Part shown: piece by piece, positions 13,201 to 25,946 of the stretch | Layout of the letters: each line of letters opens with the position of its first letter | How positions within the stretch are numbered: the stretch's first letter is position 1 | Assembly (NCBI GenBank): GCA_950097015.1 | Contig: CATNEN010000039.1 | Coordinates: forward strand, 12,896,001-12,960,000 | Origin: Macrostomum hystrix | Lineage: Eukaryota; Animalia; Platyhelminthes | Direction: 5' to 3' | Length of the DNA: 64,000 nt | Notes under the pieces: model-generated | Told to the model about the DNA's origin: nothing | Database searches by the model: none | Seen by the model: only the letters and a program-made list of their open reading frames with translations | Program-made: the position numbers and the translations under genes

Positions 13201-16200
13201 GTTGACGAATGTTTTCAAGTGTGTAGTTGCCATAGTAGGTGCCGAGAAAACTCACTAAATAACTAAGTTTTGTGTGCACAAGTAGCAACTCACGGTAAAC
13301 AGTAGTAGGAACCAGTGGCGTCTTTCCCAGTGGTATTTCGCACACGAAGCCGCCCTTCTCAGTCGGATTGGCCACCTGCCAGCGACCTCCATCGTCTGCG
13401 GCGAAAATCCTTCCAGCGTTGGCCCGCGAGTTGTCCAACTGCGGCTGTCTATCTGCCCAGTTTGTGTAGCCCGTGCTGACGAGGTCACCGGATGTCCATT
13501 TGATTTCTCCGCTCTCAGAAACCGCACCTTGGAGAATATTTGACAAGCAGAACGTTGCAGTGCAGCTATTAGCAGTGGGAGCTTCATGCCGCATTGGGAG
13601 GGAGTGGCAGAACGATCTAGCTTTTTGCCTCTCCCACCAAGGTCCCTTAGCTCGATTTCACGACCAGATTTTACGAAATTTTAAATTTTACGCGCTACCG
13701 CAGAGTGAAGACTTGGTGGGCTTGTCGTGCAATTGCACCATTGTGGGCCAACCTCCATAGCACTGTACTACGAGAGTGTATATTATTTGGCGATGAGAAA
13801 GTGAGGGCAGATGTACACACCTATGTGAGTGTGTGCCTGCGTATACCATATGTGTGCCTGTGTGCTCAGGAGTCAGCAGAATGGGCAACATTGCCTCCTC
13901 CCTGGCTACGCTAAATAGTTATAGACTCGTATTTAGTACTCGCACTTATTCGTACTAGACTATTAGTAGTAGTATTAAATAAAGAATGCCGTCATGTAAC
14001 GCATTTTAGCAAAAATAACGTACGATACATTCCAATCCAGATGTAGTCGATCCCGTTCTTCACGAAGTCCTCTCTGTAGACGTTGATGAACTTCTGGACG
14101 TGGTCCCTGCGTAGATTTGAGCAAATAAGGATTTTAGTGCGCTCGCCTTTATTTGCTTTCCCACACGCCACACATTGTGGTGTCCGAAAATATAACCTTC
14201 TTATCTATATTAAACTATAAAGCTGATAACAGCAACACTCACTGCTTAACTCGCATCAGAGTGGCACCGTATGACTGGCAGTGTTCAGACGCCTGATTCC
14301 AGGATAACTGAGTTGGATTGAGCGAGTAGCAGGTGTCTCGGTGCTGGTACCAGCCATTGGCGCAGGTGCCAGTAGGTCGGGAGCAGATGAAGCCAAACTT
14401 GACACCATTGCAGGCGTACTGGCGCCACTGCCGAGACGGATCGGTGCCCTCCGTGTGCGCACAGAGGCCGCTTGTTGGCTGCGGCTCGAGCCCATTGCTC
14501 CAGGACTTGTAAACCACAACCGAGTCGTCTACCCAACGCCAGCTAAATTGGCTCGGGTCACTTGTTGACTGCTGGGTGCGAAGGCCGATCCAGTAGGTGT
14601 TTATGATCGCACCGGAGCCTCGGTTCACGATGTCTCGGATGATGACGCTGGTGGCCTGGTCCTTCACCGTGGCTAGATCGGACTCCATGCGGTTGCAGCT
14701 TTCTCTGTGAATTCAAGCCATTTTAAAAGTAGACGTAGAAATGAACGAAGTCTCTAAAATGGAACGCTCGACTTTAATATGCACTGTTTTTCTTTATAAA
14801 TTTCTTGGCCTTTACCTAGCATCTTCCCAGTAAAGCTTATTACTGAAGATTTTGTAGCATCGATCTCCGTGTGTTTCCCAACCGTCATCTGAGTCACACG
14901 TAGTGGCATCCTCTGCAATATTTGATTGATTTCTAATTTAGATCAATACAAGCTTCTCAGATTCTATTCGTCATAGTTTTACTAATAATCAAATTAGGTT
15001 AAATTATAAACAAAAGAAGCCTTGACAAAGAGACGACACTGTTCTGGATTTTAATGGCCATTGGTTGAATATTTTAGGACGTACAGAAAAAGAAAAATGT
15101 GGATATTTTAAATACCGCAGATGACATACTGCGGTTAAGTATAAAAGATCTCAATTTCAATTTCTGAACAAGAAAAACCCCGGACGTATAATTAAAAAAA
15201 TTTAATTACAGGGTTGCAGATTTACAGAAAGACCGTAACTTACGCTTCTGCTTCTGGCACACGTAGGCAGCCTTGTTGTTGCAATTGCGCGGGAACACGT
15301 AAAGAAACTCGCTGTTCTGGGCAGCACCTTGAATTGTCATGCAGTTGCCCGGAGTGGAGTCACTGTTACCAGTGAGCCATGTTCTGGAGTGTTCAAGAAG
15401 TGTTGAATAAATTATATTGTAATATTTCCCTGAGCTTGAAATCGACACAAGCGGGTTATTGGAAATCTGTTGACCTCATGATTATCATGATTTCTCTGTA
15501 AACAAACTTATAAAACTTCCAAAATTTTCGAGGCAAAAGTTTCGGATTTAAGACTTGACATTAGAAAGAATACGCTATTTTCCCCCTACGGATAGACCAC
15601 TGGGAGTGTTTTAAATACCCACTGCCTACTTCACAATAGCTCCCATACCGAATGACCGATTTTCGTGAAAGTCCACCGCATGATTATAAAAGTTTCCACC
15701 CTTTATTATGACCTGACTGTCAAAGCCGTCCGACGTCAGGATCGTCGAGCGATTCTTTTCAAAAAACCCTGGTGACAAGGACAACTAGCATTACACTGTA
15801 TCAACCATTATCGCGAATCAATATTGGTTTAACAGTAGAACTACCAAGGGGGGAATTCCCCCCCCCCTGACAATTTTTTGTTGCGCGTCTTCTGAAACAA
15901 GAAACAAGTCGCCAGCTCTTCAGACCGTCGAGATATTCAATGTTTCTGGCCGAAGGTCCGATTTTTCCCATAAGAGCTAGTGTACTTCATGCACCCCTAT
16001 GCACGAAATTGCACTGCACCTCAGTGCGGCCTTGCCAGGCCTTCAAAATTGATCAGCATGTCACCCGAATGTGCCTGCACCATCTCCGTCTTCGGTGGTC
16101 ACCTACCTTTATCTAGACGGAGCAGCTGGACCTTAAACAAGTAATAGTTGAGTTTAGGCCAATATCGAGGCTTTATTAGAGAAAGTAGAAAAATTCGCTT

Positions 16201-17998
16201 TAGGGACTCCATTGCCAGCTGGAGGCACCCTGCTGACGGTGCTGACGGCGTCGGGGTGCTGACTGATTGGTTGACGGACTAGAAGAGCATGTAAAGTAGT
16301 TAAGTGTTGCCCAATGTCGAGGCTTGATCAGCGAAAGTAGAGAAATTCGCTTTAGGGACTCCATAGTCGGCTGTTGCCACTTGTTTAAGGTCCAGCAGCT
16401 CCGTCTAGATAAAGGTCGGTGACCGCCGAAGTCGGAGATGATGCAAGCACATTCGGGTGACATGCTGATAAAGTTTGAAGGTCTGGAAAGGCCGCACTGA
16501 GGCACAGTGCAAATTCGTGCGTAGGGGTGTATGAAATACACTAGCTCTTATGGGAAAAATCGGACCTTGGGCCAGAAACATTGAATATCTCGACGGTCTG
16601 AAGAGCTGGCGACTTGTTTCTTGTTTCAGAAGATGCGCAAAAAAAGTTGGCCCGTGTTCTTGAGTTTCGTGTGCTTGCATTGTTCCGTTCGGGTGCAGCA
16701 AAAAATTATCAGGGGGGGGATTCCCCCCTTGGTATAAAAACGGGCGGTAAAATGGCTTGGTAGTCCTACTGTTAATAATATAAAAATCAACAATAATAAA
16801 TAAAGTATAGCAACAAAAAAAACAGCCAACATGCTAACATGATGAATCCCCGACGAGAATCGTTGAATATATCAAATGTGCCTATGATTTGTGTTTCTTA
16901 GAGTTGTTTCATCGGATATTATGGAAAACTTTAGCCCATGTTCAGCATTTTCAAGGCAATCGTTTGAATATTTGAGAGATACGGAAAAAAAGAAAAAATG
17001 TAGGTATCTAAAATACTCTTTGGTTTTTCTACTGCAAAAAGTCCGGGTTTCGATTCCCGACTCCACTGAGAAATTGTGTGCCCTTCAGCAAGACACTTCA
17101 ATCTACATTTCCTCAATTGATCCAGGTGGTAAATGGATACCAGCATTGGCTGGGTGGCTCAGGTTGTGTGTGGCGCCCCCTCCCCCAGTCCATGGACTGA
17201 ACAGCAGCCTTCCCTGACTGCTGTTCACCAGTGCACGAGGTGCAGTGTAGCCTTCAGAACAGGTGTGATCAACCATCATTGTTTACAAAAAGCTTCTCGC
17301 AGAATTAACTCTATGAAGTTGATTGTATTTAGATTGACCAATTAGCCCCACTAATGGACTCACAGCAGCCTGCCATCCGATGTTGAACTACCTGGCGCCT
17401 CGTTGCCAGTGTGACCGTCGGTCCATCGCCAGGCGCCCGTGCTTCGCTCCAGGCCGAACCACCAGAGGAAGCTGGACCCGAAGACGTTCAATTCGCGGGC
17501 CACCCACTCCTGTGAGTGCGGTCAGCTTACCGTAGAAAAACATTCAACAGTTAAGCTTCATTGGGCTGTGAAAATCCGAGGTCTTACCTTTTGACGTGAC
17601 AGATTTATTAAAACTATCATCAGCACATAATTTGGGAGAGTTATTTACATAACATGCGAAGCCTTAAATATTTGGTAGATTTACCCTCTCGCCGATGTCG
17701 TTCAACGCTAGCAGCATACCGTGCTGAGTTTCGCAGGCCTGCTTGGCATCGTCCCAGCCTTTGAAGTTGCCGTTGCTGCCGACGAACTCGTAACACCAGT
17801 TGCTGTCGGGCCGCCCGAGCCAGCCGGCAGGACACTTGCCGCTGTTTTGTGCTTCTGCGTAATGATTTATTGGGATTGGATTCAGCATCAAAGCCTTGCA
17901 TTGTAATCTACGTTCCCAAACTCACCTGTGCCAGCGATGCAGCTGGCCAGCAAGAAGCCTGCGAAGGCTAAAGCCGCCGCAGACCATTGAATAGCCAT
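7244..17998 (-). CDS. Macrophage-mannose-receptor-like type I membrane protein with ~12 C-type lectin domains
   Basis: Signal peptide exon MAIQWSAAALAFAGFLLASCIAG from ATG 17998. Many exons encode CTLD signatures (C..GW..CY, W..A...C, WIGL, EPNN, WND..C, F/YICK), then a Thr-rich stalk and TM segment VGGAVVLFLALLLAAVLAVFFY followed by RRR. Short tail with FANANW and NPSF. The stop at 7244 could instead be a splice donor. Confidence 0.92.
12415..12682. repeat. Dispersed ~260-bp repeat, second copy at ~15575-15830
   Basis: Shared blocks CCGAATGACCGATTT, GTCCACCG, AAGCCGTC..CATCGTCGAG, CCTGGT.ACAAGGACAACTA, ATATTGGTTT in two introns of the lectin gene. Confidence 0.75.
13596..13910 (+). mobile_element. 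SINE family A copy (diverged, 3' truncated)
   Basis: GTGGCAGAACG head, CTCGATTTC, shared body GGGCAGATGTACACACC. Confidence 0.75.
15575..15830. repeat. Second copy of the ~260-bp dispersed repeat
   Basis: Similarity to 12415-12682. Confidence 0.72.
15833..16771. mobile_element. Non-autonomous palindromic DNA transposon flanked by TTAA (piggyBac/Kolobok-type target)
   Basis: TTAA|CAGTAGAACTACCAAG ... CTTGGTAGTCCTACTG|TTAA; ~300-bp imperfect inverted arms (15844-16142 vs 16379-16732); no transposase. Confidence 0.85.
17040..17262 (+). mobile_element. SINE family B copy (tRNA head + CORE-like region)
   Basis: GGTTTCGATTCCCGACTCC B-box, CAAGACACTT, CCAGCATT.GCTGGG, CAGTCCATGGACTGAACAGC shared with the copies at 38363 and 53075. 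Confidence 0.7.
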
Positions 17999-18558
17999 GA
18001 TTATCAGATTGTGAGCACCGCTCAAATTTTTGTAGTTCTCTGGTGCGCTCAACGTCCTAGAGAAAGTTTTCGGCTGCAGCGCCTTTCATACCTGACCTGA
18101 GAAGTTTTGGAATGAGGCTTGCACTACCCGCTATTATCAGTGACTGATTAGCGTCGAATGAGAAAGAAATAGCTTTGGCGAGCGTCAGGGCGAAAGTCGA
18201 TAGGAGCGAGAAGATCCAGGCTGAGACAGCGTGACCCAAGCGCTGCCTGCAGGTGAAAGGGCTGCCTACTTGGACCAGCACCAGCTGGAAGGTGGCAGGC
18301 ACTGCCATGCAGATAAGACTGCCTATCCGTTTTTTCGAAACTCAATTCGAGGTACGCTGCTTAAGGCTCGTGTGCTGAAAAAAATGTAAGAAAAGATACA
18401 GATAGCCTGCCAAGTACAGAATTTTGAAGATACAATTATTAAGGGTGGCACTCGGCTGTAGCCTGACTGACGGAAAGTCATGTGACTGCAAACTGTAAAC
18501 ATTTGGGTACACTCTGCCCAGGCCTACGAGGGAAAATATTGCCAACATCATCGGACTT

Positions 18559-19276
18559 TGGAAGAGCTGGAGGAAAGGAGCTGGAGAAGAGGAGCTGGAG
18601 GAGAGGAGCTGGAGGAGAGGAGCTGGAGAAGAGGAGCTGGAGGAGAGGAGCTGGAGCAGAGAAGCTGGAGAAGAGGAGCTGGAGGAGAGGAGCTGGAGGA
18701 GAGGAGCTGGAGAAGAGGAGCTGGAGGAGAGGAGCTGGAGCAGAGAAGCTGGAGAAGAGGAGCTGGAGGAGAGGAGCTGGAGCAGAGAAGCTGGAGAAGA
18801 GGAGCTGGAGGAGAGGAGCTGGAGCAGAGAAGCTGGAGAAGAGGAGCTGGAGAAGAGGAGCTGGAGGAGAGGAGCTGGAGCAGAGAAGCTGGAGGAGAGG
18901 AGCTGGAGGAGAGGAGCTAGAGGAGAGAAGCTGGAGAAGAGGAGCTGGAGGAGAGGAGCTGGAGCAGAGAAGCTGGAGAAGAGGAGCTGGAGGAGAGGAG
19001 CTGGAGGAGAGAAGCTGGAGAAGAGGAGCTGGAGGAGAGGAGCTGGAGCAGAGAAGCTGGAGAAGAGGAGCTGGAGGAGAGGAGCTGGAGGAGAGGAGCT
19101 GGAGAAGAGGAGCTAGAGGAGAGAAGCTGGAGAAGAGGAGCTGGAGGAGAGGAGCTGGAGGAGAGGAGCTGGAGGAGAGAAGCTGGAGGAGAGGAGCTGG
19201 AGGAGAGAAGCTGGAGAAGAGGAGCTGGAGGAGAGAAGCTGGAGAAGAGGAGCTGGAGGAGAGAAGCTGGAGGAGT
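18559..19276. repeat. 14-bp purine-rich satellite (GAGGAGCTGGAGGA and variants), ~50 copies
   Basis: Direct tandem array; the long ORFs over it are translations of the repeat. Confidence 0.95.
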
Positions 19277-20060
19277 TGAGCTTGCGTTGTAGAATCGGAT
19301 ATGATGTAGACGAGTTGAGTCGGGTTTTCGTGAATTAACACAGTAAGTAACACAGTAAGCCATAAAGTATAAATGGGTAATTGCTGGGAATATAAGTAAT
19401 TGAAATTTTATTTATTTTCATGACTAAGAAATAAATGACACATTACGCATTACGTCATAGACTTATGCGTTTACGATTGTGCGACTGTACGAGCTTCAAA
19501 TAGGAGTCTCACAGCTATAAACGCGAGTCAGCTGCTTTACTGGATTGTCGCTATAGCCAGCAGCAATGCTTGTCTCTCGTTGCCGGGCGCCACTGTGTCG
19601 GACACACCCAAGTTCTACCCCTTCCCTGGAAGTCTATTCTAGACGCCCTGTCAACAAATTTGAATTGATTGCGTCCCAGAAGTCAAAACGCAACTCATTC
19701 TGACACCAACCTCCCGCTTCGTATTCAGCCCTCTGACTCGACAATTAAAAAATATCATGAAAACTTTCAACCCACCGTTCGATCGAGGCGCGCAACTTCC
19801 GTCGCCTTTATTGTCTTTTGGTAAACAATTTTTATTGCTCCCCCAAATTGCTCAAGGTTGAGGCCATTCTGTCTGGAGTTCAAGCTGTCTGCTTTCAGTT
19901 TGCTCTCGCTATCAATTCTGATCAAAACAGCAACTGAAAGGTTAGATGATCCGACGGTTGTGAGATGAGAAGTAGATTTAGCTTGAGATAACGGAAGTAG
20001 AAAGAACGTAATTTCCTTCAATTTGTGCCTTCATATCGCAAAAGTATTGTTTTTTAGCTT

Positions 20061-20280
20061 GTAACAAGTATTTAGCTCATACTGTACGAAAAGACTCGTA
20101 ACAAGTATTTAGCTCATACTGTACGAAAAGACTCGTAACAAGTATTTAGCCCGTACTGTACAAAAAGACTCGAAACATGTATTTAGCTCGTACTGTACCA
20201 AAAGACTCGTAACAAGTATTTAGCTCGTACTGTACAAAAAGACTCGTAACAAGTATTTAGCTCGTACTGTACAAAAAGAC
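20061..20280. repeat. 37-bp minisatellite, ~6 copies (GTAACAAGTATTTAGCTCRTACTGTACRAAAAGACTC)
   Basis: Head-to-tail near-identical units with no spacers. Confidence 0.92.
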
Positions 20281-20533
20281 AGTTTCGAACCTGTCTCGTC
20301 AGACAAGACAGTCTTGTCCCTATCTATGTCTAGTCTTTTATGTATAGTCTTTCGTCTTTCATTTAAAAAATCTATCCATTTTGAAATTTAAATTTCAAAT
20401 TGACTGTCAGTAGTTAACTAAGAAGGTGATTTATCAAGATAGAAGGATACTTCTAAAACGTGTAGAATACTGCAACATATTAGGATAATTTGTCAACTTG
20501 GGGGGGGGGGATAATCTGCAGCCCTGCCATTGT

Positions 20534-20865
20534 CAGGGCTGCAGACAATGGCACGTCATTTGGTGACACTAGATCTGCAGCCAGCGAGGAGGCAATTCTG
20601 CCCATTTCGCTGACACCTGAGCACACACGCACACAGATACTGTACACAGGCACACGTTCACACAGGTGTGTACATCTGCCCTGACTTTCTAATCGTCAGG
20701 CAGTGTACATTTTCACTGTGCCTTGGAGGTTGGCCCTCAAGGGCGTCAATTGCACGACAAGTCCCCAAGCCTTCTCTCTGTGCGGCAGCACGCGAAATGA
20801 ATGTGGCCTCGCCGTGGAATCGAGCCCAGGGACTTTGGTGCGAGAGGCAAACGCGTTAACCGCTC
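20534..20865 (-). mobile_element. SINE family A copy
   Basis: Reverse complement of the 25551 copy. Confidence 0.8.
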
Positions 20866-21946
20866 AGCTTCTAATTTGGATCCCTTAGTTGACGAAAACT
20901 GTTCTTCGGATTATAACAACTGAGCTTGGCATTCAAATCCCCTACCTTAGGTTCTTAAGGACTAAAATATGCCTGCAAGTGCTCTCTTACGAGTAGAAAA
21001 GCATTTCAATAAAAACAACTTAGATCTTAATAAGCACGAAATGCGACCCCAAATGGATTCAGAGCTCAAGTCTCACACTGTGTAGATTATTCTTTCAGCA
21101 AAACATTGGAGCATCATGAAATTTTATGAACTGAAAGCTTGACCGGGGGTTGACTGGGTTTTGCATTGCTGAATTTATTTCACATCCAAAGGCAGCCACC
21201 AACAAGGCCAGTAAACAACAGTTCAGAAACAGCTGCCTTTTTTAGTCTCCAAATGACTCCACGGTCGCGGCACTCCCAATCAGAGGGTGAAATATGCTCA
21301 AGTTTAGGCTCTTGAATAAAAATGACTGAGCATTGACTTTATCGCGCGAGCTTTTTCCATTGTATCGGATTAAAATCCTCCCAGATAGCAACTTGCCTAA
21401 TGCGATTTAACCCACGCAGCTGAACCGAAATTTATACAGCCTGATAGTAGTTACAATGAATGGCTCATAAAATAGGCTCATCGTGTTTCTGAGCGACCGC
21501 CTCACTCCGCTGTGAGCGAAAAACAACAGTCAGGCCAAAATGGCATGGCCCTACTTTCTAGATTAAAAAGGCTACTTATTCAGTAGGTTAAGAATGCGGT
21601 CGATAGGCGCCGGGTAAAACCCGACCACCGTCAGGCAAGGCTATTGCTGCAGCTATCAAGTCTTTCTATCCCCTGCTGCCTCCAAACTTGGTCCAAGTCA
21701 ACTCGCCCCAGTTCGGACAGATGGTATTGATCATCGCTGGGCAGGAATCGTCCGGAGTTTTTTTAGATCAGCCAGCAGACAATAAACCCAATAAACCCCT
21801 GACTCGACATTTTTTCGAGCATAAAAGGACCTGGATTTCAGCTGGTCCAACTTGATAACTTCAAGGCTTGGAGGCGGCTAGGAATAGAAATACTGATCAG
21901 ATATAGGTCTACTTTTTAATCCAAGAGTTTTGGCTAAGCACTCGCA

Positions 21947-24900
21947 ATGCGACTCGTTGTTCTGCTCTGCCTTGCGGTAGTCGTGTCTTCGCTAGATGCA
22001 TCAGCTGGCGAAGATGAGTCTGCATTGAAAGGTAAGCCTGAATTTTAGAAGTAGGTGTGGAAAATGATTTAAACATTTTGCTAAAATTAAATTACAGCTC
22101 CGAGCTACGAAAATCTTGGCTGCTATCGCGACACTGGGGAGCGAGATTTGCCTTTTCTAGTCGAGGTCAAGGTCACCACCGTGTATCGGTGTCGCGACAG
22201 GTGCCGCAAGCTGAAGTACAGGTACTCCGGAGTCCAGGCGTCAAACTACTGCTTCTGCGGCAACAAGTACGGCCGCTATGGCAAGAATGATGCTTCGGCA
22301 TGCAACTATAAGTGCATCGCTAATACCAACCAGATTTGCGGTGGCGCTTGGCACAACAATATTTACCCGACTGGCATCAGCAGAGGTGAAGAATTTGGAT
22401 TTGTAAAAATATTTTCATGTCCAGCAATGATTCATAATCCCTTAATCTGGTCTTTTTGCATTTTTCAGAGGAAGCCAGTCTGAAAACACTGGGCTGTTTT
22501 AAGGATCAGGGTGCCAGAGACTTGCCGTTCCACAGCCCCGGCCCAGCTGACATCAACAGCTGCGTCCTGAGATGTCGCAATCTAGGTTACAAGTACGCTG
22601 CCATGCAGGCGGGCTCCATCTGCTTTTGCGGCAACAGCTACGGCAAATACGGCAAGGCTTTGGACTCGGACTGCGTATACACTTGCGCTGGCAACAGGCA
22701 GCAAATGTGCGGCGGCGCGTGGCGAAATCATGTCTATGAGACCGGCTTCACGCGTAAGTGCATGCGATTCGAAATTGCATAATGGTGAACATATGAGTTC
22801 ATATTATTTCATAAAACAGTTTTTGTTTTAAACGAATAAACGGAATTCGCACATCCCTCATCGTCTGGCAGCATCGGATCGAGAAAGCCTGGGCTGCTTT
22901 GTCGATCAGGGGGTTCGAGATCTCCCAGAAATCACTTCTGGTTTGATGAGCGTCCAATACTGCATTAACTACTGTGCTGAACGAGGCTACAAGTACGCTG
23001 GACTGCAGTACTCTTCTTACTGTTTCTGCGGCAACAAGTACGGACGGTACGGCAAGGGAGCCGGCTGCAGGAGTGTCTGCAGTGGCAAGAAGGATGAAAT
23101 CTGTGGCGGCGGGTGGAGAAACAGCATCTATGCGACCGGTCGCGAAGGTATTTATTTTTCCAGTGATGAGCTGTGTGGTTAGAAAAAACCCTGCTAAAAA
23201 TTCACACAGTAAACGCATCGTTAAAGTTTATTAGTTCCTAAACATTTAAGTATTTTCAATCACGCATTCGCAGCTGAGGAGTTCCACAGTCTCGGCTGCT
23301 ATCACGACAAGGGAGTCCGGGACCTGCCCTGGCTGGCTAAGGCCGGAGCTGTCAATCTGAACAATTGTCGCTTCGAGTGCGCCAGCCACGGCTACCTGTA
23401 CTTCGGCGTACAGAACAGCAACACCTGCTGGTGCGGCAACAGCTACGGCAGGTACGGCAAGGCGGCCGACACTGCATGTCGTAAGCCGTGCGTCGGTAAC
23501 AAAGAGCAGATCTGCGGAGACGCCTGGCTAAATAATGTCTATCGAACCAATGTGGATGCCCGTGAGTTGGAATGCGATTGTTTTGTTCTAAGTCGATACT
23601 TTATGTAGCTGTCAATAGGCTCTACCAAAATCTCACAATTTCTTTTCTTTAGACGCTGGCACCAGTTCTGGTAAGACCAACGCACATGCATTTGTACTTT
23701 ACTGTTATATTATTCGGCTTTACTTTCTCACGAACGTATGTGACATGAGTCCTGAGCTAATTAAATTCAATCGTATCATTTGAATTTCAGATAGCAAAGC
23801 CCTGGTTGGAAGTGATTCTCTTGGTGAGTTGAAATAGGGATGGTCTGTAAAGAAGCTTTCAAATAACTGGTTCCTCTTAAGCATTTCCAACATTGAATAA
23901 CATTTTCAGAGAGAACTCTGGATCAGTCGGTCTCGTCAGACAAAGTAGGCAAACTCGTGGAAATCAGCCAGATGAGTAAGCTGTTACACCTTGGATTTAC
24001 TTTATTAGTCAGCTAAAATCAGTACTCAAGCTTCAATGTATTTTGTATATTTATTTTCACTGCCTTCTCATGCAGAGATGAGGTTCTTCGGCTGCTATAG
24101 GGACGGTGCGGTGCGAGATCTTCCGCAGCGGCCCTATGTCGGCACCCTTGATGTACATTACTGTCGCTGGACCTGCCGAGAGCTGAGGTACCGCTATTTT
24201 GGCCTGCAGGCAACTCAGTGCTTCTGTGGCAACCATTTTGGCAAGTACGGTCAGGGAGCCGATTCCACCTGCAGCATTAAGTGCTCAGCTAATAAGGACC
24301 AAATGTGTGGCGGCCCTTGGTACAACAGTCTGTACGCAACTGGCATTTCAAATGACGGTATGCAATCAACAAATTTTTGTGCAGTCTAGTTTTACATCTT
24401 TTTCTCGAGTTAATGCAACTGTTTTTGACTAGTTTTTAAAGAAAGCATTCACAATAACGATTCAAATCCTTTTTAGAGGCCAGAATGAAACCTCTCGGTT
24501 GCTATGTTGACCAGGGAGTTCGCGATTTGCCGCTGCTTGGTTCCCATTGCCCAATTATCAGCGTTAACACCTGCGTGAAGACCTGCCGTGATCTGGGATA
24601 CAAATACGCTGGAGCTCAGGGAGGCGCATGGTGCTTCTGCGGCGACAAGTACGGCCAGTACGGCAAGGCCAAGGATTCCGACTGTCACTATCGCTGCCAC
24701 GCCAACAGGCGCCAGATGTGCGGTGGCGCGTGGCGCAATCACGTCTACGAAACACACGCCGACAGTGAGTTGCCTCCTGCCAATTGAGCATTTTACTCCG
24801 AATTCATAGTTGCTAGTAGGATATTTAAAGACGGATTTCACTGTTTCAGTCACAAATCCCGAGACGAAGGGCTGTTACAAGGACCAGGGCGATCGCGACT

Positions 24901-25897
24901 TGGTTGAGCGAGCTCTGATTGGCGTCATGAGCATCAGCTACTGTCGAAAGCTGTGCCGGGAGCTCGGATACAGATACGCTGGCTTGCAGTACAGCAACCA
25001 GTGCTGGTGCGGCAACACCTACGGAAGATACGGCAAAGTTGATGAGAGATTCTGCAATTTGAAGTGCACGGGACATCATCAACAGATGTGTGGCGGCGCC
25101 TACTACAACCAAGTCTACGAGAGCGGGAAGCCAGAGTGTGAGCAGCTGCGAACTCTTATAAAATATAAATTTGAACTATTTTCTGGCAAACGCGTCTGTT
25201 AAATTCGAACTCACACATCACGCACACACTATTAAATATTTCAGTTGTCTTCAGGAGCATGGGCTGCTACAATGACAAGGCAATTCGCGACCTGCCCTTC
25301 CAGGCCAAGATTGGCGCCATCACTCTGAATAACTGCCGACAGGCCTGCTGGCGCTTCGGATACAAGTACTTCGGTGTGCAGAACTCCAACCAATGCCACT
25401 GCGGCGACTCGTACGGCAAGTACGGCCGGGTTGATGATGTCCGATGTCAAAAGCGTTGCCTTGGTAACAAGGCCCAGATCTGCGGAGACTACTGGATGAA
25501 CAACATCTATGAGACTGGAGTCGGAGGAGGTAACAAAACTGATAGATTAAGGGGGTCGGTGGCAGAGCGGTTATCGCGTTTGCCTCTCGCACCACGGTCT
25601 CTAAGTTCGATTCCACGGCGAGGCCACATTTATTTGGGGCGTAGCCGCAAAGAGAAGGCTTGGAGCTTGTCTTGCCACTTACGCCCTCGTAGACCAACCT
25701 GCAAGGCACAGTAAAGTGTACACTGCCTGACGATGAGAAAGTCAGGGCAGATGTACACACCTGTGTGAGCGTATGTCTGCGTACGGTATCTGCGTGCGTG
25801 TGCGCTCAGGGGTCAGCGAAATGGGCAGAATTGCCTCCTTGCTGGCTGCGGGTCTAGTGTCACTAAATGATGTGCCATTGTCCGCAGCCCTCCTGCA

Positions 25898-25946
<49 letters not shown>

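Noticed and set aside
18478-19363. Long ORFs on both strands (LLQLLSSSSSPPAP / RSWRRGAGGEELE)
   Set aside because: Artefacts of a nearly stop-free 14-bp satellite; no splice or start context.
20061-20280. 37-bp repeat array as a CRISPR array
   Set aside because: Units are contiguous with no unique spacers, the context is eukaryotic, and there are no cas genes.
25551-25625. tRNA genes at SINE heads (also 31648, 51676, 53075)
   Set aside because: A/B boxes are present, but they continue into repeat bodies with tails and TSDs, and I see no intact cloverleaf.
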